From positions 352,001-416,000 of the forward strand of contig CBDANS010000007.1 of NCBI GenBank assembly GCA_965197745.1: DNA of 64,000 bases, in the 5' to 3' direction. Below the pieces are notes generated by a model, which saw only the letters and a program-made list of their open reading frames with translations, did no database searches and had not been told where the DNA came from. How positions within the stretch are numbered: the first letter of the stretch is position 1; each line of letters starts with the position of its first letter. Source of the DNA: Opitutales bacterium (GTDB lineage Bacteria; Verrucomicrobiota; Verrucomicrobiia; Opitutales; PNEW01). Position numbers and translations under genes: made by a program. Shown one piece after another: positions 8,719-19,960 of the stretch.

Positions 8719-11352
8719 ATGAATATAGACCCAAATAAATTTACTGAAAAGTCAGGAGCAGCCCTCCAGAAGGCTCAGGACATTGCACGCCGTCACAATC
8801 ATCAGCAGGTTGATGGATTGCATTTACTGTCAGCCCTGGTGAACCAGGAGTATGGCGCGGTCCCGGCTATCTTGGAAAAGATGGAAATCACCCCGAGTGC
8901 AGTGCAACTTTCATTGGAAAGAGAACTGGATAAATTGCCCAGTGCATCTAGCAGTGTCGATGCATCGCGTGTTTATGTAACGCCATCTTTTCAAAATGCC
9001 ATCACAGGAGCTGAGGAAGCGGCTAATCGTTTACAGGATGAATATATCAGTGTCGAACACCTGTTACTAGGGATGATCGAGGATAGCGATAACAATGTGC
9101 TCCAGCAGTTTTTTAAACAGTTTGGTATTGATGGCAAAAAAGTTCTCACCGCGATGAAAGATGTCCGCGGTAATCAAAGGGTAGCATCACAGAACCCGGA
9201 GGCCACCTATCAATCCCTGGAAAAATATGGTATCGATCTCGTTGACCATGCGCGCTGTGGAAAGTTGGATCCGGTCATTGGACGCGATGCAGAAATACGA
9301 AGAGCCATCCGTATCCTTTCCCGTAAAACAAAGAACAATCCCGTTCTTATCGGTGATCCGGGTGTAGGAAAAACCGCTATCGTTGAAGGACTTGCCCAGC
9401 GCATTGTTCGCGGTGATGTGCCTGAGGGCTTAAAAGACAGAACCGTTTATGCCCTCTATATGGGAGCCTTACTGGCCGGCGCAAAATTCCGCGGTGAATT
9501 TGAGGAACGTCTCAAAGCAGTGCTTCAGGAAATAAAAAACAGCGAGGGCCGCATCATTCTTTTTATTGATGAGTTACATACTATTGTAGGAGCAGGTAAA
9601 GCTGAAGGAGCTATCGACGCGGGGAATATGCTTAAACCCATGTTGGCCCGAGGTGAACTCCATTGTATCGGTGCTACCACCCTCGACGAATATCGCAAAC
9701 AGATCGAAAAAGACGCCGCCCTTGAACGGCGCTTTCAAACCGTGATGGTTGATCAACCTACGGTCGAAGATACCATTTCAATTCTCCGCGGACTTCGTGA
9801 ACGTTATGAATTACATCATGCCGTCCACATCCAGGACAATGCAATCGTAAATGCGGCAGTGCTCTCTAATCGTTACATCACGGATCGGTTCTTACCAGAC
9901 AAGGCTATCGACCTCGTCGATGAAGCCTGTGCCATGATTCGCACGGAGATGGACAGCATGCCGACGGATTTGGACGAACTCAGCCGTCGAGTCATGCAGT
10001 TGGAAATAGAAGAAGCTGCTCTGAAGAAGGAAAAGGACGATGCCAGTAAGCAGCGATTAAAACAGCTTGAAAAAGAGCTCGTTGAAACACGGGAAAAGGC
10101 TGACGTCTTTCGCCGCCAATGGGAATCCGAAAAGCAATCACTCGGTGAGGTGCAGAAAGTACGTGAAGAGATCGAAAAAACAAAACGAGACATGGAACAG
10201 GCAGAACGCGATTATGATCTCAACCAACTGGCGGAATTGCGCCATGGTCGTTTGCCTGATCTGGAAGCTGAACTTAAAAAATTGGAATCAGCGGAAAGTA
10301 AATCCAACGGTGCACGTCTTTTCAAAGAGGAAGTTTCAGCTGAAGAGATTGCGGAAATCGTCTCGCGATGGTCCGGTGTCCCGGTCACGCGTTTGCTTGA
10401 AGGGGAAAGAGAAAAACTGCTACGTCTGGATGAAGAATTGCACAAACGTGTTATTGGACAGAATGAAGCTGTTGAGCTTGTCTCCGAAGCTATACTACGC
10501 GCACGTTCGGGGATTAAGGATCCCAGGAGACCCATTGGTTCGTTTCTTTTTCTTGGACCGACGGGTGTTGGAAAGACCGAGTTGGGCAAGACCCTCGCTG
10601 AATCACTTTTCGACAGCGAGGACAATATGGTGCGACTGGATATGTCAGAATATATGGAGAAACACACCGTATCGCGGTTGATCGGAGCCCCTCCAGGTTA
10701 TGTCGGTTTCGAAGAAGGAGGACAGCTCTCTGAAGCCGTGCGCCGCAAGCCGTATGCCGTTATATTATTTGATGAAATAGAAAAAGCGCATCCCGATGTC
10801 TTTAACGTTCTTCTTCAAATCATGGATGATGGGCGTATCACGGACGCGCAAGGTCATACCGTAGATTTCAAAAATACGGTTATCATCATGACTTCGAACA
10901 TCGGCAGTCGCTATTTGCAAGATGGAGTATCTGGAGATGAAATTCCCGAGTCGGTGCGCGAATCTGTGTTTGCGGAACTGCGTCAGGCCATGAGGCCAGA
11001 ATTTCTCAACCGTATTGATGACCTCGTTCTTTTCAAACCGCTGACCCTTGAGGAAATTCGGAGTATTGTTGATCTGCAACTTGTGGAATTAAACCGACGC
11101 TTGAAAGATCGCCGTATTACTATAGAACTCGACGGCGAAGCCCGCGATTGGGTAGCTGAGCGTGGCTATGATCCTGTCTTCGGCGCTCGCCCCTTGCGAC
11201 GCTTCCTGCAAAAACGTATCGAAAATAAACTGGCTCGGGCGCTCATTGCCGGTCAGGTGGAAGAGGGACAAACAGTTGATTTCATTTTAGAGGACAATGA
11301 AATCACCATGCACACCTTTCCCGAACCTCAGGTAATTATTGATAATAATTAA
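8719..11352 (+). CDS. clpB: ATP-dependent chaperone ClpB
   Basis: Clp N-domain, two AAA+ modules ([14 protein letters not shown] and [15 protein letters not shown]), long coiled-coil M domain, GYVG pore loop; 877 aa. Confidence 0.97.
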   Translation: MNIDPNKFTEKSGAALQKAQDIARRHNHQQVDGLHLLSALVNQEYGAVPAILEKMEITPSAVQLSLERELDKLPSASSSVDASRVYVTPSFQNAITGAEEAANRLQDEYISVEHLLLGMIEDSDNNVLQQFFKQFGIDGKKVLTAMKDVRGNQRVASQNPEATYQSLEKYGIDLVDHARCGKLDPVIGRDAEIRRAIRILSRKTKNNPVLIGDPGVGKTAIVEGLAQRIVRGDVPEGLKDRTVYALYMGALLAGAKFRGEFEERLKAVLQEIKNSEGRIILFIDELHTIVGAGKAEGAIDAGNMLKPMLARGELHCIGATTLDEYRKQIEKDAALERRFQTVMVDQPTVEDTISILRGLRERYELHHAVHIQDNAIVNAAVLSNRYITDRFLPDKAIDLVDEACAMIRTEMDSMPTDLDELSRRVMQLEIEEAALKKEKDDASKQRLKQLEKELVETREKADVFRRQWESEKQSLGEVQKVREEIEKTKRDMEQAERDYDLNQLAELRHGRLPDLEAELKKLESAESKSNGARLFKEEVSAEEIAEIVSRWSGVPVTRLLEGEREKLLRLDEELHKRVIGQNEAVELVSEAILRARSGIKDPRRPIGSFLFLGPTGVGKTELGKTLAESLFDSEDNMVRLDMSEYMEKHTVSRLIGAPPGYVGFEEGGQLSEAVRRKPYAVILFDEIEKAHPDVFNVLLQIMDDGRITDAQGHTVDFKNTVIIMTSNIGSRYLQDGVSGDEIPESVRESVFAELRQAMRPEFLNRIDDLVLFKPLTLEEIRSIVDLQLVELNRRLKDRRITIELDGEARDWVAERGYDPVFGARPLRRFLQKRIENKLARALIAGQVEEGQTVDFILEDNEITMHTFPEPQVIIDNN

Positions 11353-11398
11353 TCCTCGTCTTGGTCTTCGTCCCTACAGTTATTTGCATCAATATCAT

Positions 11399-11524
11399 GG
11401 TGGAACGCACTGTCCTCAGTGCGTTTGACTATGTCGTAACTGCAGAAGCGTGCTAGGGACAGCCCGCTCCACCGTAGCCCTCCAAAAAATGAAAAAAAGG
11501 GAGGGCCACGCTCCGTCGTGGCCG
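11399..11524. repeat. REP/REPIN-like palindromic cluster
   Basis: GGTGGAACGCACTGTCCTCAGTGCGTT (11399-11425) with an inverted relative at 11446-11473, then the GGAGGGCCACGCTCCGTCGTGGCCG hairpin. It lies between convergent genes. Confidence 0.7.
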
Positions 11525-11614
11525 CTTAGTAAGTTTGAACTATAGGCTCAGATTGAGCACCTCTAATTAATTTAAGAGGCAGACGAAGACGAAGCGGTGG
11601 TCGGAGCTTTACTA

Positions 11615-12385
11615 TTAACCTGACGAATAACCGGCATTAATCATCACGGGGGCTCCGGTTAAGGCAGAGGCTTCATCATGGCACAAGAATAATATCAGTG
11701 CTGCTACTTCTTTTGGTTCGAGAAGGCGTTTAAGCGCGGTGGGTCCAATGGCTATCTTTTCGATCACCTCATCTTCAGTCATTCCGCGTTCACGTGCTTG
11801 ATCGGCAATCTGATTCTCAACAAGAGGGGTCCGAACATATGACGGACATACCGCATGAGCGGTGATCCCATGAGGACCGCCTTCGAGGGAAGTAACGCGG
11901 GTGAGGCCAAGTATTCCATGTTTTACCGTGGTATAGCCCACTTTAAAAGCTGAAGCACGAACGGAAAGAACCGAGCCCATATTAACGATGCGACCCCAAT
12001 GCTGTTTTTTCATGTAAGGCCAGGCATAACGGGTAAGGAGGAAGGGAGCAGTTAACATCACCGCTATCATCTTCTCCCAGGTGTCATCGGAAAAATTTTC
12101 CAAGGGTGCAACATGTTGAAAACCTGCACTGTTTATGAGGATATGAACGGTCCCGAATTTTTCGACTGTCTTTTCGATAAGTTTTTTGCATTCCGTACCC
12201 TTACTTAAATCCCCTTCAATAAATGAACTGTTCAAACGTTGAGCTGCTGATGCACCTTTCTCCGTTTGCACATCGTTTATAACTACCTTTGCTCCTTCAG
12301 AAGCAAATCGTTCGGCGACGGCCAGGCCGATTCCACTGGCGGCTCCCGTGACGATCGCAACTTTATCCTTTAAGTTTATCTCCAT
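11615..12385 (-). CDS. 3-hydroxybutyrate dehydrogenase-like SDR
   Basis: TGAASGIG, AGFQHVAPLENF, YTTVKHG, CPSYVRTPLVENQI: BDH-family signatures. Confidence 0.8.
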   Translation of the reverse strand: MEINLKDKVAIVTGAASGIGLAVAERFASEGAKVVINDVQTEKGASAAQRLNSSFIEGDLSKGTECKKLIEKTVEKFGTVHILINSAGFQHVAPLENFSDDTWEKMIAVMLTAPFLLTRYAWPYMKKQHWGRIVNMGSVLSVRASAFKVGYTTVKHGILGLTRVTSLEGGPHGITAHAVCPSYVRTPLVENQIADQARERGMTEDEVIEKIAIGPTALKRLLEPKEVAALILFLCHDEASALTGAPVMINAGYSSG

Positions 12386-12418
12386 GCTAAGTGTATCTAA
12401 TTCACCAAGCTCAACGGT

Positions 12419-13696
12419 TCACCAGCAAGTAAGGGTGTTGAGGAATAATTCTTTCAGATCATCGGCACTGGCGGGGCGGGGCGACAGTTTGGTCACACGG
12501 TGTTGCGGTAAAGTGCCCTCAACAAGCTGATCGATATCACCGGAAGTGTATCCCACTGCCTGTAATCCGTTAGGCATTCCTGTTTTTTGCATTAAGTCAA
12601 TAATCGCACCGGCAAGCATTTCACCCGCATCTTCTGGCTTTGCTTCAGAGATATCCACTCCCATTAAACTTGCGGCTTTAAGGTGTAGGATAGGGTTGGT
12701 GGGCGCGGTAAAACGAAAGACGGCGGGAGCGTTCAGAATAACCGACATGCCGTGAGGAATGATCGGGTGATCGGGCGCGTAGCCCTCGGGGGTAAAATTA
12801 CGCACCATCCCTGAAACGGGATAGGACATGCCGTGCGGTAAATGCACGCCGGCATTCCCAAAACCAATCCCCGCAAATGTAGCTGCCAGCAACATTTCTC
12901 CGCACGCTTCTTCATCGCTCGAATCATTAATTGCGCGTTCAATGTTCGAGGATACCATAGTTATCGCTTTTTTTGACCAAATATTGCTGATGGGGTTGGC
13001 TCCCTGGTAGGCAGGACGCATGCGAGGATGTTCGGGAGCGGGACGATTATTAAAAGGTAGAGCCGTCATGGATTCCAGAGCGTGGCTTAATACATCAAGG
13101 CCGGTACAGGCTGCTACCATTTTTGGGAGTTTGCGCGTATTATGAGGATCCACAATACCCAACACCGGACGCAGGGCCCAATGAGCGATGCCTGTCTTAG
13201 CATGCATTTCCTTAAGATCAAAAATCGCCACCCCGGTTGTTTCACTGCCCGTACCCGCCGTCGTTGGTATGGCGATCAAAGGTTTTAATTGGCCTGGAAC
13301 CGGTTTCCCTTCACCTATGGGTGGGTTTACATAAGTGAGAAAATCCGCAGGGTAAGTAGTGTATAGGTTGGCTGCCTTGGCAGTATCCATCGTTGAACCT
13401 CCCCCGACCGCGATAAAACCGTCGAATTTTCCTTCACTTGCGAATCGGATTGCATCATTGAAAGATATATCTGTTGGCTCGACATAAACCTGGTCGTATA
13501 AAACCGCGTCGATGCCTTCTTTTTTTAAGGCGTCAAGCGTTACCGATACAGATTCACTCTGAGAAAGGTGAGGATCAGTCAGGACCATGACACGTTGGGC
13601 CCCATAATCTTTTATATCAATCCCCACTTCGCGGGTGACGCCAGGACCATATTTGATCCGCGAAGTATCCATGATATAGGAGGTCTCTAAAGTCAT
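12419..13696 (-). CDS. Hydroxyacid-oxoacid transhydrogenase (HOT/ADHFE1-like Fe-ADH)
   Basis: GGGSTMDTAK, YVNPPIGEG, PTTAGTGSETTG, RPAYQGANPIS, GVHLPHGMSYPVSG, GTLPQHRVTKLSP. Confidence 0.92.
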   Translation of the reverse strand: MTLETSYIMDTSRIKYGPGVTREVGIDIKDYGAQRVMVLTDPHLSQSESVSVTLDALKKEGIDAVLYDQVYVEPTDISFNDAIRFASEGKFDGFIAVGGGSTMDTAKAANLYTTYPADFLTYVNPPIGEGKPVPGQLKPLIAIPTTAGTGSETTGVAIFDLKEMHAKTGIAHWALRPVLGIVDPHNTRKLPKMVAACTGLDVLSHALESMTALPFNNRPAPEHPRMRPAYQGANPISNIWSKKAITMVSSNIERAINDSSDEEACGEMLLAATFAGIGFGNAGVHLPHGMSYPVSGMVRNFTPEGYAPDHPIIPHGMSVILNAPAVFRFTAPTNPILHLKAASLMGVDISEAKPEDAGEMLAGAIIDLMQKTGMPNGLQAVGYTSGDIDQLVEGTLPQHRVTKLSPRPASADDLKELFLNTLTCW

Positions 13697-13778
13697 AGTC
13701 TTTCTCTTCCGATCTTCTTTAATAAGGCGGGTTTTATTTAATTGTCGATTTAATCTTTATCTCCCGCCTTCGGGATAT

Positions 13779-13924
13779 ATCAGTCCCAAAAATCAGTAAC
13801 ACCCTTTTATATCCGTTCATGTCTACAGAGTGTAATGAGCATCGCCATAGATATTTTGCCCGTGACGATTTGAAATTGGGGTAGAACAAAACCCAGTCAT
13901 GTCCGCATAGCAGTTGGGACTGAT
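13779..13924. repeat. 146-bp segment bounded by 11-bp perfect inverted repeats (possible MITE remnant)
   Basis: ATCAGTCCCAA (13779-13789) ... TTGGGACTGAT (13914-13924). Confidence 0.35.
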
Positions 13925-13963
13925 TTTTATTTTATGCGCGTATTAAGAGGTGCGGAATGAAGA

Positions 13964-15016
13964 TTAGTTTACAACATTCACAGACTTGGCTTCATATTCC
14001 TGAAGCGCCTCCTGGGCGGCTATCGCCTGTTCCGATGTCGAATCGCGTTTGATCAATCGTTTCAAGGCAAAACGCGCATGTTCATCTCCACTCCTTGCCA
14101 ACTTTAAAGCTTCAGCAAATCCCTTTTCCCCAAAACTGAGGTCTCTCGGAATAATCGGGAAATCGAGAGCTTTCCAGTAATACTGTAAATTTTTCGATTC
14201 CCATTTGGCGTAAATCTGATCCCAGGTTATATCACTAAAAGTGTTCAAGTGAGGCTCTAACATATGCTCGTTGAGAGGATGTTCCAAAGCCTGGTAGCGA
14301 TTGTCGAGCGATATTCTCAATCGATCCTCAGTTAAATTGGGCAATGCTCGATGAAGGGTCAGACAGTGAAAGATAAGGGTATCCCCAATTTCATAATTGG
14401 TTGTCACCCAGTTCCCCGGATATTTTTCAGTATCTACGGTTAAGGCCCCAGCACCCAGGGAAAAATGATGGTCAAAAACAGCATTCTCTTTGTGAGATCC
14501 CGGTAATATTGCGAGGCCACCGAGTTCGATCGGGCTTTCGCCTACAGGGGTCCAACAGGTATAGGTCTCATAATTACCCTGGAAATGAACAAAGTCCTGA
14601 TGCGCGGGAGTGGTGTGTTCCGTGTATTGTGGGAACCAGAGCCGGATAATTTTGTGGGGATAAGGAAAGACTGTATCGCCAATAATTTTCTGCATCATTT
14701 CAAGCACTTCTGGCCAGTGTCCCGACTGATGAAAAGATTCAAGCTTATAGACTTCGTGATAGACGTCGGTATATTTAATGTCTCCCTCCGTGCATCGACG
14801 CGAAAGATCAGCCACTCCGTCAGCAAGGTCTGATCCCTCTTTTAACCATCCCCCTTCACGGATCACTTCCAGCATATCCAAACGCAAGGCCTTGAGCTGA
14901 TCGGGGTTTTGCAATTTACGGAAAAATAAATACCCCTCATCATTCATCCGGCGGCGCAGCTCCTCCGCGTCGTCAATTGCGTCGTTTGATACTCTAAATT
15001 CACTAAATTCAGCCAT
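13964..15016 (-). CDS. PhyH-family Fe(II)/2-oxoglutarate dioxygenase (PtlH-like)
   Basis: DEGYLFFR, TPAHQDF (HxD), LAILPGSH, FHCLTLHRALPN, RISLDNRYQ. The likely start is ATG 15016. Confidence 0.9.
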   Translation of the reverse strand: MAEFSEFRVSNDAIDDAEELRRRMNDEGYLFFRKLQNPDQLKALRLDMLEVIREGGWLKEGSDLADGVADLSRRCTEGDIKYTDVYHEVYKLESFHQSGHWPEVLEMMQKIIGDTVFPYPHKIIRLWFPQYTEHTTPAHQDFVHFQGNYETYTCWTPVGESPIELGGLAILPGSHKENAVFDHHFSLGAGALTVDTEKYPGNWVTTNYEIGDTLIFHCLTLHRALPNLTEDRLRISLDNRYQALEHPLNEHMLEPHLNTFSDITWDQIYAKWESKNLQYYWKALDFPIIPRDLSFGEKGFAEALKLARSGDEHARFALKRLIKRDSTSEQAIAAQEALQEYEAKSVNVVN

Positions 15017-15192
15017 TGAGAAGTCCTCGAAATAAGATGCAGTTGTTTTGAAACAGAATTTTATAGAAAAAATCGCATAACAAACAAGCAATTTGTAATA
15101 ACAATCAACGCATATTAATGGCTAAGCTCGAGTATAATTCTTGAACCCTTATTGTTCATGTGTAATAAGTGCTATCTTTCTTATAATTTAAT

Positions 15193-16152
15193 ATGAACTA
15201 CCGCCAATTTGCTGACACGGAATTAGAAGTATCTGAAATCTGCTTAGGCCCCATGCGGTTGTCCGCTAAATTTCCATCCGATGACGATAAGTCTAAAGCC
15301 GGTAAGCGTGCCATGGAAAGAGCGCTTGAGCGGGGAGTAAATTTTATTCATTCCAGCTATGAATATGGCACCCGATGGGCAGTAGGGGAGGTCCTTAAAA
15401 ACCATCCCCGACGAGACGAGATACATCATATTATCAAAGTCCCGGTTCCTGATTTCGATGACGGTGGTTCCTTCGATGCGGCTAAGTTCAGGTTGAGGAT
15501 AGAGGAGGCGCTGAGCGACTTACATACGGACTGTATTGACGTATTGCAGCATTTACAGCGGGCGCGCCCCAACGACGAAGAATTAAGAATTCCCAATATT
15601 CCTAGTGTGAGTGAGGCGATGCTGGAGGTTTTCGAAGCGTTAAAAGGGGAGGGCAAGGTCGGTTACCTGACTACATTTCCTTATACACCCGGGTATGCAG
15701 GTGCGGCCTTAAAAACAAATACTTTCAAGGGTATGGTTGCTTACTATAACCCGATCGAAATTGAAATGGCCGAGTTTTTCCCCCAGATGGAGGCACAGAA
15801 CCGGGGATTCTTTTGCATTCGCCCGTTTATGTCAGGATTGTTGACTGATAAACGTGTCAATCGAAATCAACTTGATAAAGACGATCGTTTTAATGATCCG
15901 TTGTGGGATGCATCCTATGATAGATTGGCACTGTTAAATTCTGAACTTGGCATAGAAATCAATTCATGGTCCGATTTCGCCATAAAATTTGGCCTGTACC
16001 ACCCAATCGTAACCAGCCTCATTGTCGGTCTCAACACCGAGGAACAGGTCGATGGGGTCCTCGAAGCCGCTGATGGAAATTACCCGGATAAAACAGTATT
16101 TGATAGTGCTCTCAGGATCTACCGTGAATACGGCCTTGTTAAATCAAATTGA
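15193..16152 (+). CDS. Aldo/keto reductase family protein
   Basis: MNYRQF...LEVSEICLG, ALERGVNFI, L..L.TD.ID, EGKVG, GLLT, IVG..T.EQV. Confidence 0.88.
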   Translation: MNYRQFADTELEVSEICLGPMRLSAKFPSDDDKSKAGKRAMERALERGVNFIHSSYEYGTRWAVGEVLKNHPRRDEIHHIIKVPVPDFDDGGSFDAAKFRLRIEEALSDLHTDCIDVLQHLQRARPNDEELRIPNIPSVSEAMLEVFEALKGEGKVGYLTTFPYTPGYAGAALKTNTFKGMVAYYNPIEIEMAEFFPQMEAQNRGFFCIRPFMSGLLTDKRVNRNQLDKDDRFNDPLWDASYDRLALLNSELGIEINSWSDFAIKFGLYHPIVTSLIVGLNTEEQVDGVLEAADGNYPDKTVFDSALRIYREYGLVKSN

Positions 16153-16258
16153 AGGGGAAAATAAGGATAAGTAATAAAGTTCGAGAATTTATTCGCTCTA
16201 TTCCCGTAGCCTTTGTCACCCTGTAATTAATAGCATTGATCAATAAAAATCTATAATT

Positions 16259-17053
16259 ATGATGAAAATCACCATCCTTGGATCTGGTGCCGGGACCGAA
16301 CCTATGCCCGGGCGCCATCACAGTGCCTTTACCATCGAATATAATGGTTCTTTGTATTGGATAGACGCGGGCGAAGGTTGCACTTACACAGCTCATCTTG
16401 GCGGTATTGATCTCCTCACTACAAGGGCAATATTTATTTCCCATCCCCATATTGATCACATCGAAGGGCTTCCCCATTTAATTTCCATATTGGAAAAACT
16501 GAACTCGAGAGCGGATCCCGGATCAACCACTTTGACTGGAAAAACAATAGACGTGTTAATCCCCGATCTTGATGTGTGGAAGGCCATAATGGAAATGAAC
16601 AAGTATACCTTTCCTGCTTACGATAATAATAACATCGAATATAAATCTTCATCTTATGAAGATGGGATTATCTTTAATGAAGATGGTATTAAAGTTACGG
16701 CATTGCATAATTTACACATGGGGGAGCCGTTGAACGGGGAACCATGGCAGTCATACTCATTTCGCATTGAAGCGGGTGAAAAGTGTTTTGTTTATTCTGG
16801 AGATTTGCATGGTCCTGAAGACGTCGACCCGCTTTTTGATACCTGTGATTTGCTTTTCATGGAAGCAGGGCACTTTCCCATAGATAAAGTTTGCCGCTAT
16901 TTGAAAGATTCGGGTAAATCGTTTAATCAACTGGGAATAATTCATAACGGAAGAGAGTCCCTGGCCGACCCTCAGGGGGAACTTCAAAAAGGTAAAGACA
17001 TCCTGGGTGATAATATTTTTGTCGGTGAAGACGGCATGGTTTTTAATTTATAA
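16259..17053 (+). CDS. MBL-fold metallohydrolase (RNase Z-like)
   Basis: ITILGSGAG, IDAGEG, SHPHIDH, YSFRIE...VYSGD. Confidence 0.88.
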   Translation: MMKITILGSGAGTEPMPGRHHSAFTIEYNGSLYWIDAGEGCTYTAHLGGIDLLTTRAIFISHPHIDHIEGLPHLISILEKLNSRADPGSTTLTGKTIDVLIPDLDVWKAIMEMNKYTFPAYDNNNIEYKSSSYEDGIIFNEDGIKVTALHNLHMGEPLNGEPWQSYSFRIEAGEKCFVYSGDLHGPEDVDPLFDTCDLLFMEAGHFPIDKVCRYLKDSGKSFNQLGIIHNGRESLADPQGELQKGKDILGDNIFVGEDGMVFNL

Positions 17054-17103
17054 AAATTCTCATAGGGCTCGAGTCTTCCCCAATCGTAAATTTGAATTTG
17101 AGT

Positions 17104-18117
17104 ATGAATTCCGTCACGATTGAAGAGATCAACCGGCTGGTATCGGGCCTGCTTGTGGGGTCTCCAGACTTGATCATTACCGGGGTCGAGCAATTAGACA
17201 AAGCTGGGCCTTCACAGTTAACATTCATCGGCCAGAAAAAATACATAAATGCCTGGGCGGATTGTTGTGCAGCCGCGGCGCTAATTGATGAAAATCTGGA
17301 ATTAGAGCCGGGTCATGGTCGCGCCTTTATCCGTGTTCCCGACACTGATCTTGCATTAGCAACAGTTTTGGAGATCTTTGCCCCCGAAGTTCCGAGATGT
17401 GAACCGGGAGTGCATTCCAGTGCGATTATCGATCCCTCGGCTGAATTAGGTGATGGTGTAGCTATCGGTCCCGGGTGTGTAATTGGCGCACGCGTTCGAA
17501 TTGACAGGAATGCCGTGCTCTATGCCAATGTTACGGTTCTTGATGATTCAAGCATCGGTGAAGGCACGACAATCTGGCCGGGTACTGTCATTCGCGAGCG
17601 CTGCCTCATAGGTAACGGTTGCATCATACACCCCAACGTAACAATTGGTGCAGATGGGTTTGGCTATCGGCCCTCATCAGACGGTGAAAGTTTAGTTAAG
17701 ATCCCGCAGATCGGGACTGTGTGTATTGGTGACAATGTTGAAATCGGAGCAGGTAGTTGCGTTGATCGAGGTAAGTTCAGTGCCACTGCAATCGGAGATG
17801 GCACCAAGATTGACAATCTGGTTCAGATAGCACATAACTGCACCATAGGACGGTCTTGTGTGATTGCGGGTCTGGTTGGCATCAGCGGCTCGGTAACCAT
17901 TGGCAATGGTGTCATGATTGGGGGCAATGTGGGAATCGCAGATCATGTTTCCATCGGTGATAGGGCAGTACTTGGAGCAAAGGCTGGAATCATGCGAGAT
18001 GTCCCTCCGGGTAAATTTGTCGTCGGCGCTCCAGCCCGCGAGACCAAAAAAGCGATGAGGGAATGGGCCGCTCTTTCAAGGCTCCCTGATCTGATTAAAG
18101 AATGGCGGAAGAAATGA
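17104..18117 (+). CDS. lpxD: UDP-3-O-acylglucosamine N-acyltransferase
   Basis: LpxD N-domain, hexapeptide repeats, GADGFGY, KIPQIG.V.IGDNVEIGA..CVDRG, KIDNLVQIAHN. Confidence 0.95.
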   Translation: MNSVTIEEINRLVSGLLVGSPDLIITGVEQLDKAGPSQLTFIGQKKYINAWADCCAAAALIDENLELEPGHGRAFIRVPDTDLALATVLEIFAPEVPRCEPGVHSSAIIDPSAELGDGVAIGPGCVIGARVRIDRNAVLYANVTVLDDSSIGEGTTIWPGTVIRERCLIGNGCIIHPNVTIGADGFGYRPSSDGESLVKIPQIGTVCIGDNVEIGAGSCVDRGKFSATAIGDGTKIDNLVQIAHNCTIGRSCVIAGLVGISGSVTIGNGVMIGGNVGIADHVSIGDRAVLGAKAGIMRDVPPGKFVVGAPARETKKAMREWAALSRLPDLIKEWRKK

Positions 18118-18151
18118 AACGGGGTCCTCACTGGATGATCCTGAGATAAGA

Positions 18152-18174
18152 TCACTTTTCATCTTGAAAAGTGA
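18152..18174. other. Perfect 10-bp palindrome (operator or hairpin)
   Basis: TCACTTTTCA-TCT-TGAAAAGTGA downstream of lpxD. Confidence 0.45.
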
Positions 18175-18322
18175 AAGTGCGCGATGATTATCGCTGCTTA
18201 AAGGTGAAGAGTTCGAGGCTATTGCCTGATTCGACTAAGCTCATCACCGGCTGATCGATTAAAAATCATGATACCCGGCTGTTGACTCTCTTTATTTTTT
18301 TTCATCATACTGGGTAACCACA

Positions 18323-18535
18323 ATGAGTTTATTTGGTCCGATTTTCTATTTTATACTTGTAGCCCTGCTCTTTATGTTCTGGAGGAAGACTCGCGGTTTG
18401 TCGCTTGATAAACTTCTTGCAAAAAGCGCCCACGATCATCACCAAATTAATAAAGTATCGGCCGGGCATCCGCGCGGTGGAACATGGGAAGAACACCAAC
18501 AATGGGTGAAAGATATAGAATCTACAGGGGATTAG
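18323..18535 (+). CDS. Small single-pass membrane protein, unknown function
   Basis: N-terminal hydrophobic helix; upstream TTGACT-N18-CATACT promoter-like sequence (18282-18311). Confidence 0.5.
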   Translation: MSLFGPIFYFILVALLFMFWRKTRGLSLDKLLAKSAHDHHQINKVSAGHPRGGTWEEHQQWVKDIESTGD

Positions 18536-18568
18536 CTCATTCTTACGCAGCTAATCACTTAAGCTACA

Positions 18569-19960
18569 TCAGATCTCACTGGTGGCCGCAGTAATCATTT
18601 GAATGCGCTCTACTTGTTCAAGAAAATCTTGAACATTTTCTTTGAAATCTACTTCCTGCGCCTCGGTTAATAGCTCAGCAGCTTTGTCCCAGTCTTTGAT
18701 CTTAGTCAATAACTGTGCGTGGGCAACAAGAGCTTCAGCCTTAAAATCATCCAGCTTCTGCGCTTTTTCAAACATGTCTACTGCTCCTTCGATGTTGTCC
18801 TCCTGTCCATAATAATTGGCTAAAGTAATCAAGGCTCTCCCGCGTTTATCATCGCGTTCGATTATTTTTTCCAGTGTTGCTTTTGCTTTTTCACCCTCAC
18901 CGCGTGCAATGGCAATTTGCGATTGCATCGTCAAAAGCGTTAATTCCTCTTCGTCGGGGGTACGACCGCGATATACTCTCCGGATTTTATTTATCAGTAT
19001 TGCTGCTTCATCATACGCGCCAAAATTTGTTAAAGAACTCGCTGCTCTTATGGGGCCGTTAATATCTTGTTCGCGATCCTTATCAATTGAAGCGAGGTAG
19101 GCCTGCTGGGCGAGTTTGAGCATTTGTTTGTTTATATAAATATCTCCAAGGAGCAGAAGGCTATCCGGTGGAGCTTTATTCATGCGTTTTAATATTTCGA
19201 TATTAGCAGCAGCGTCTTCAATTTGGTTTAACCCGATAAAACCATTAAACTGCAGCAACCAATGGTCCTCATTATCCGGATCTTTGAGAAGCATTTCCTG
19301 GAAGAGAGCGTTGCTCTCTAAATATTTATCCTGGGACAGTAAGCTATGAGCCAGGCCGGTCCTCCATTGTTTTTCAGTCGGTTCTATAATTACCGCTTTT
19401 GTGTAGGCTTGCTCTGCCGCGTGGGCTTTATCTTGAAGTTGGTAACAGTAGCCGAGGAGTCCGTAAGTTCGCCCTTCTGTGTTTCCCATGTTAATGGTCC
19501 GTACAAGGTAGGGGATAGCTTCATCGTATTTTTCATTTCGCACATTGAGATAAGCCAATGCTTTCTGGGGGATTAAATAGTAAGGGTGTTGTCTCGCAAC
19601 TCTATCTATATAAATCTTAGCTTGTTCAAAGTTATCATTTTGAATGTAGAGATTACCGAGAATTAAAATCATAGCAGGGCTGGATTCGCTGTTTATAGAT
19701 ACCTCCAGTATATTTATGGCGGAAGTGATGCCGTCTGGTAAAAGTGCCTGAATCTGTTGAATCAAATCCCGCTCTTCGACTGAAATCCTGGGTGCTTTGT
19801 TAATAATGTAATTGAGCTCACCAATATAATACTTCTGCCAGAAACTATCATCAAATAATTCTTTCATGGGATTGGGCAGAGACTTAACTCCATTCGCGGA
19901 GCCATATACACCCACGCACAATATGATAGACAGGAAAATTGAGTTCTTATACTTTTTCAT
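18569..19960 (-). CDS. Secreted tetratricopeptide-repeat protein
   Basis: Signal peptide, then many TPR units (LILGNLY, YGLLGYCY...AEQAY..A...EP, LLLGDIY). Confidence 0.85.
   Translation of the reverse strand: MKKYKNSIFLSIILCVGVYGSANGVKSLPNPMKELFDDSFWQKYYIGELNYIINKAPRISVEERDLIQQIQALLPDGITSAINILEVSINSESSPAMILILGNLYIQNDNFEQAKIYIDRVARQHPYYLIPQKALAYLNVRNEKYDEAIPYLVRTINMGNTEGRTYGLLGYCYQLQDKAHAAEQAYTKAVIIEPTEKQWRTGLAHSLLSQDKYLESNALFQEMLLKDPDNEDHWLLQFNGFIGLNQIEDAAANIEILKRMNKAPPDSLLLLGDIYINKQMLKLAQQAYLASIDKDREQDINGPIRAASSLTNFGAYDEAAILINKIRRVYRGRTPDEEELTLLTMQSQIAIARGEGEKAKATLEKIIERDDKRGRALITLANYYGQEDNIEGAVDMFEKAQKLDDFKAEALVAHAQLLTKIKDWDKAAELLTEAQEVDFKENVQDFLEQVERIQMITAATSEI

Noticed and set aside
13790..13913. 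Reverse-transcriptase remnant (CYADM on the minus strand)
   Set aside because: It is a chance short match, not YADD, with no other RT motifs.
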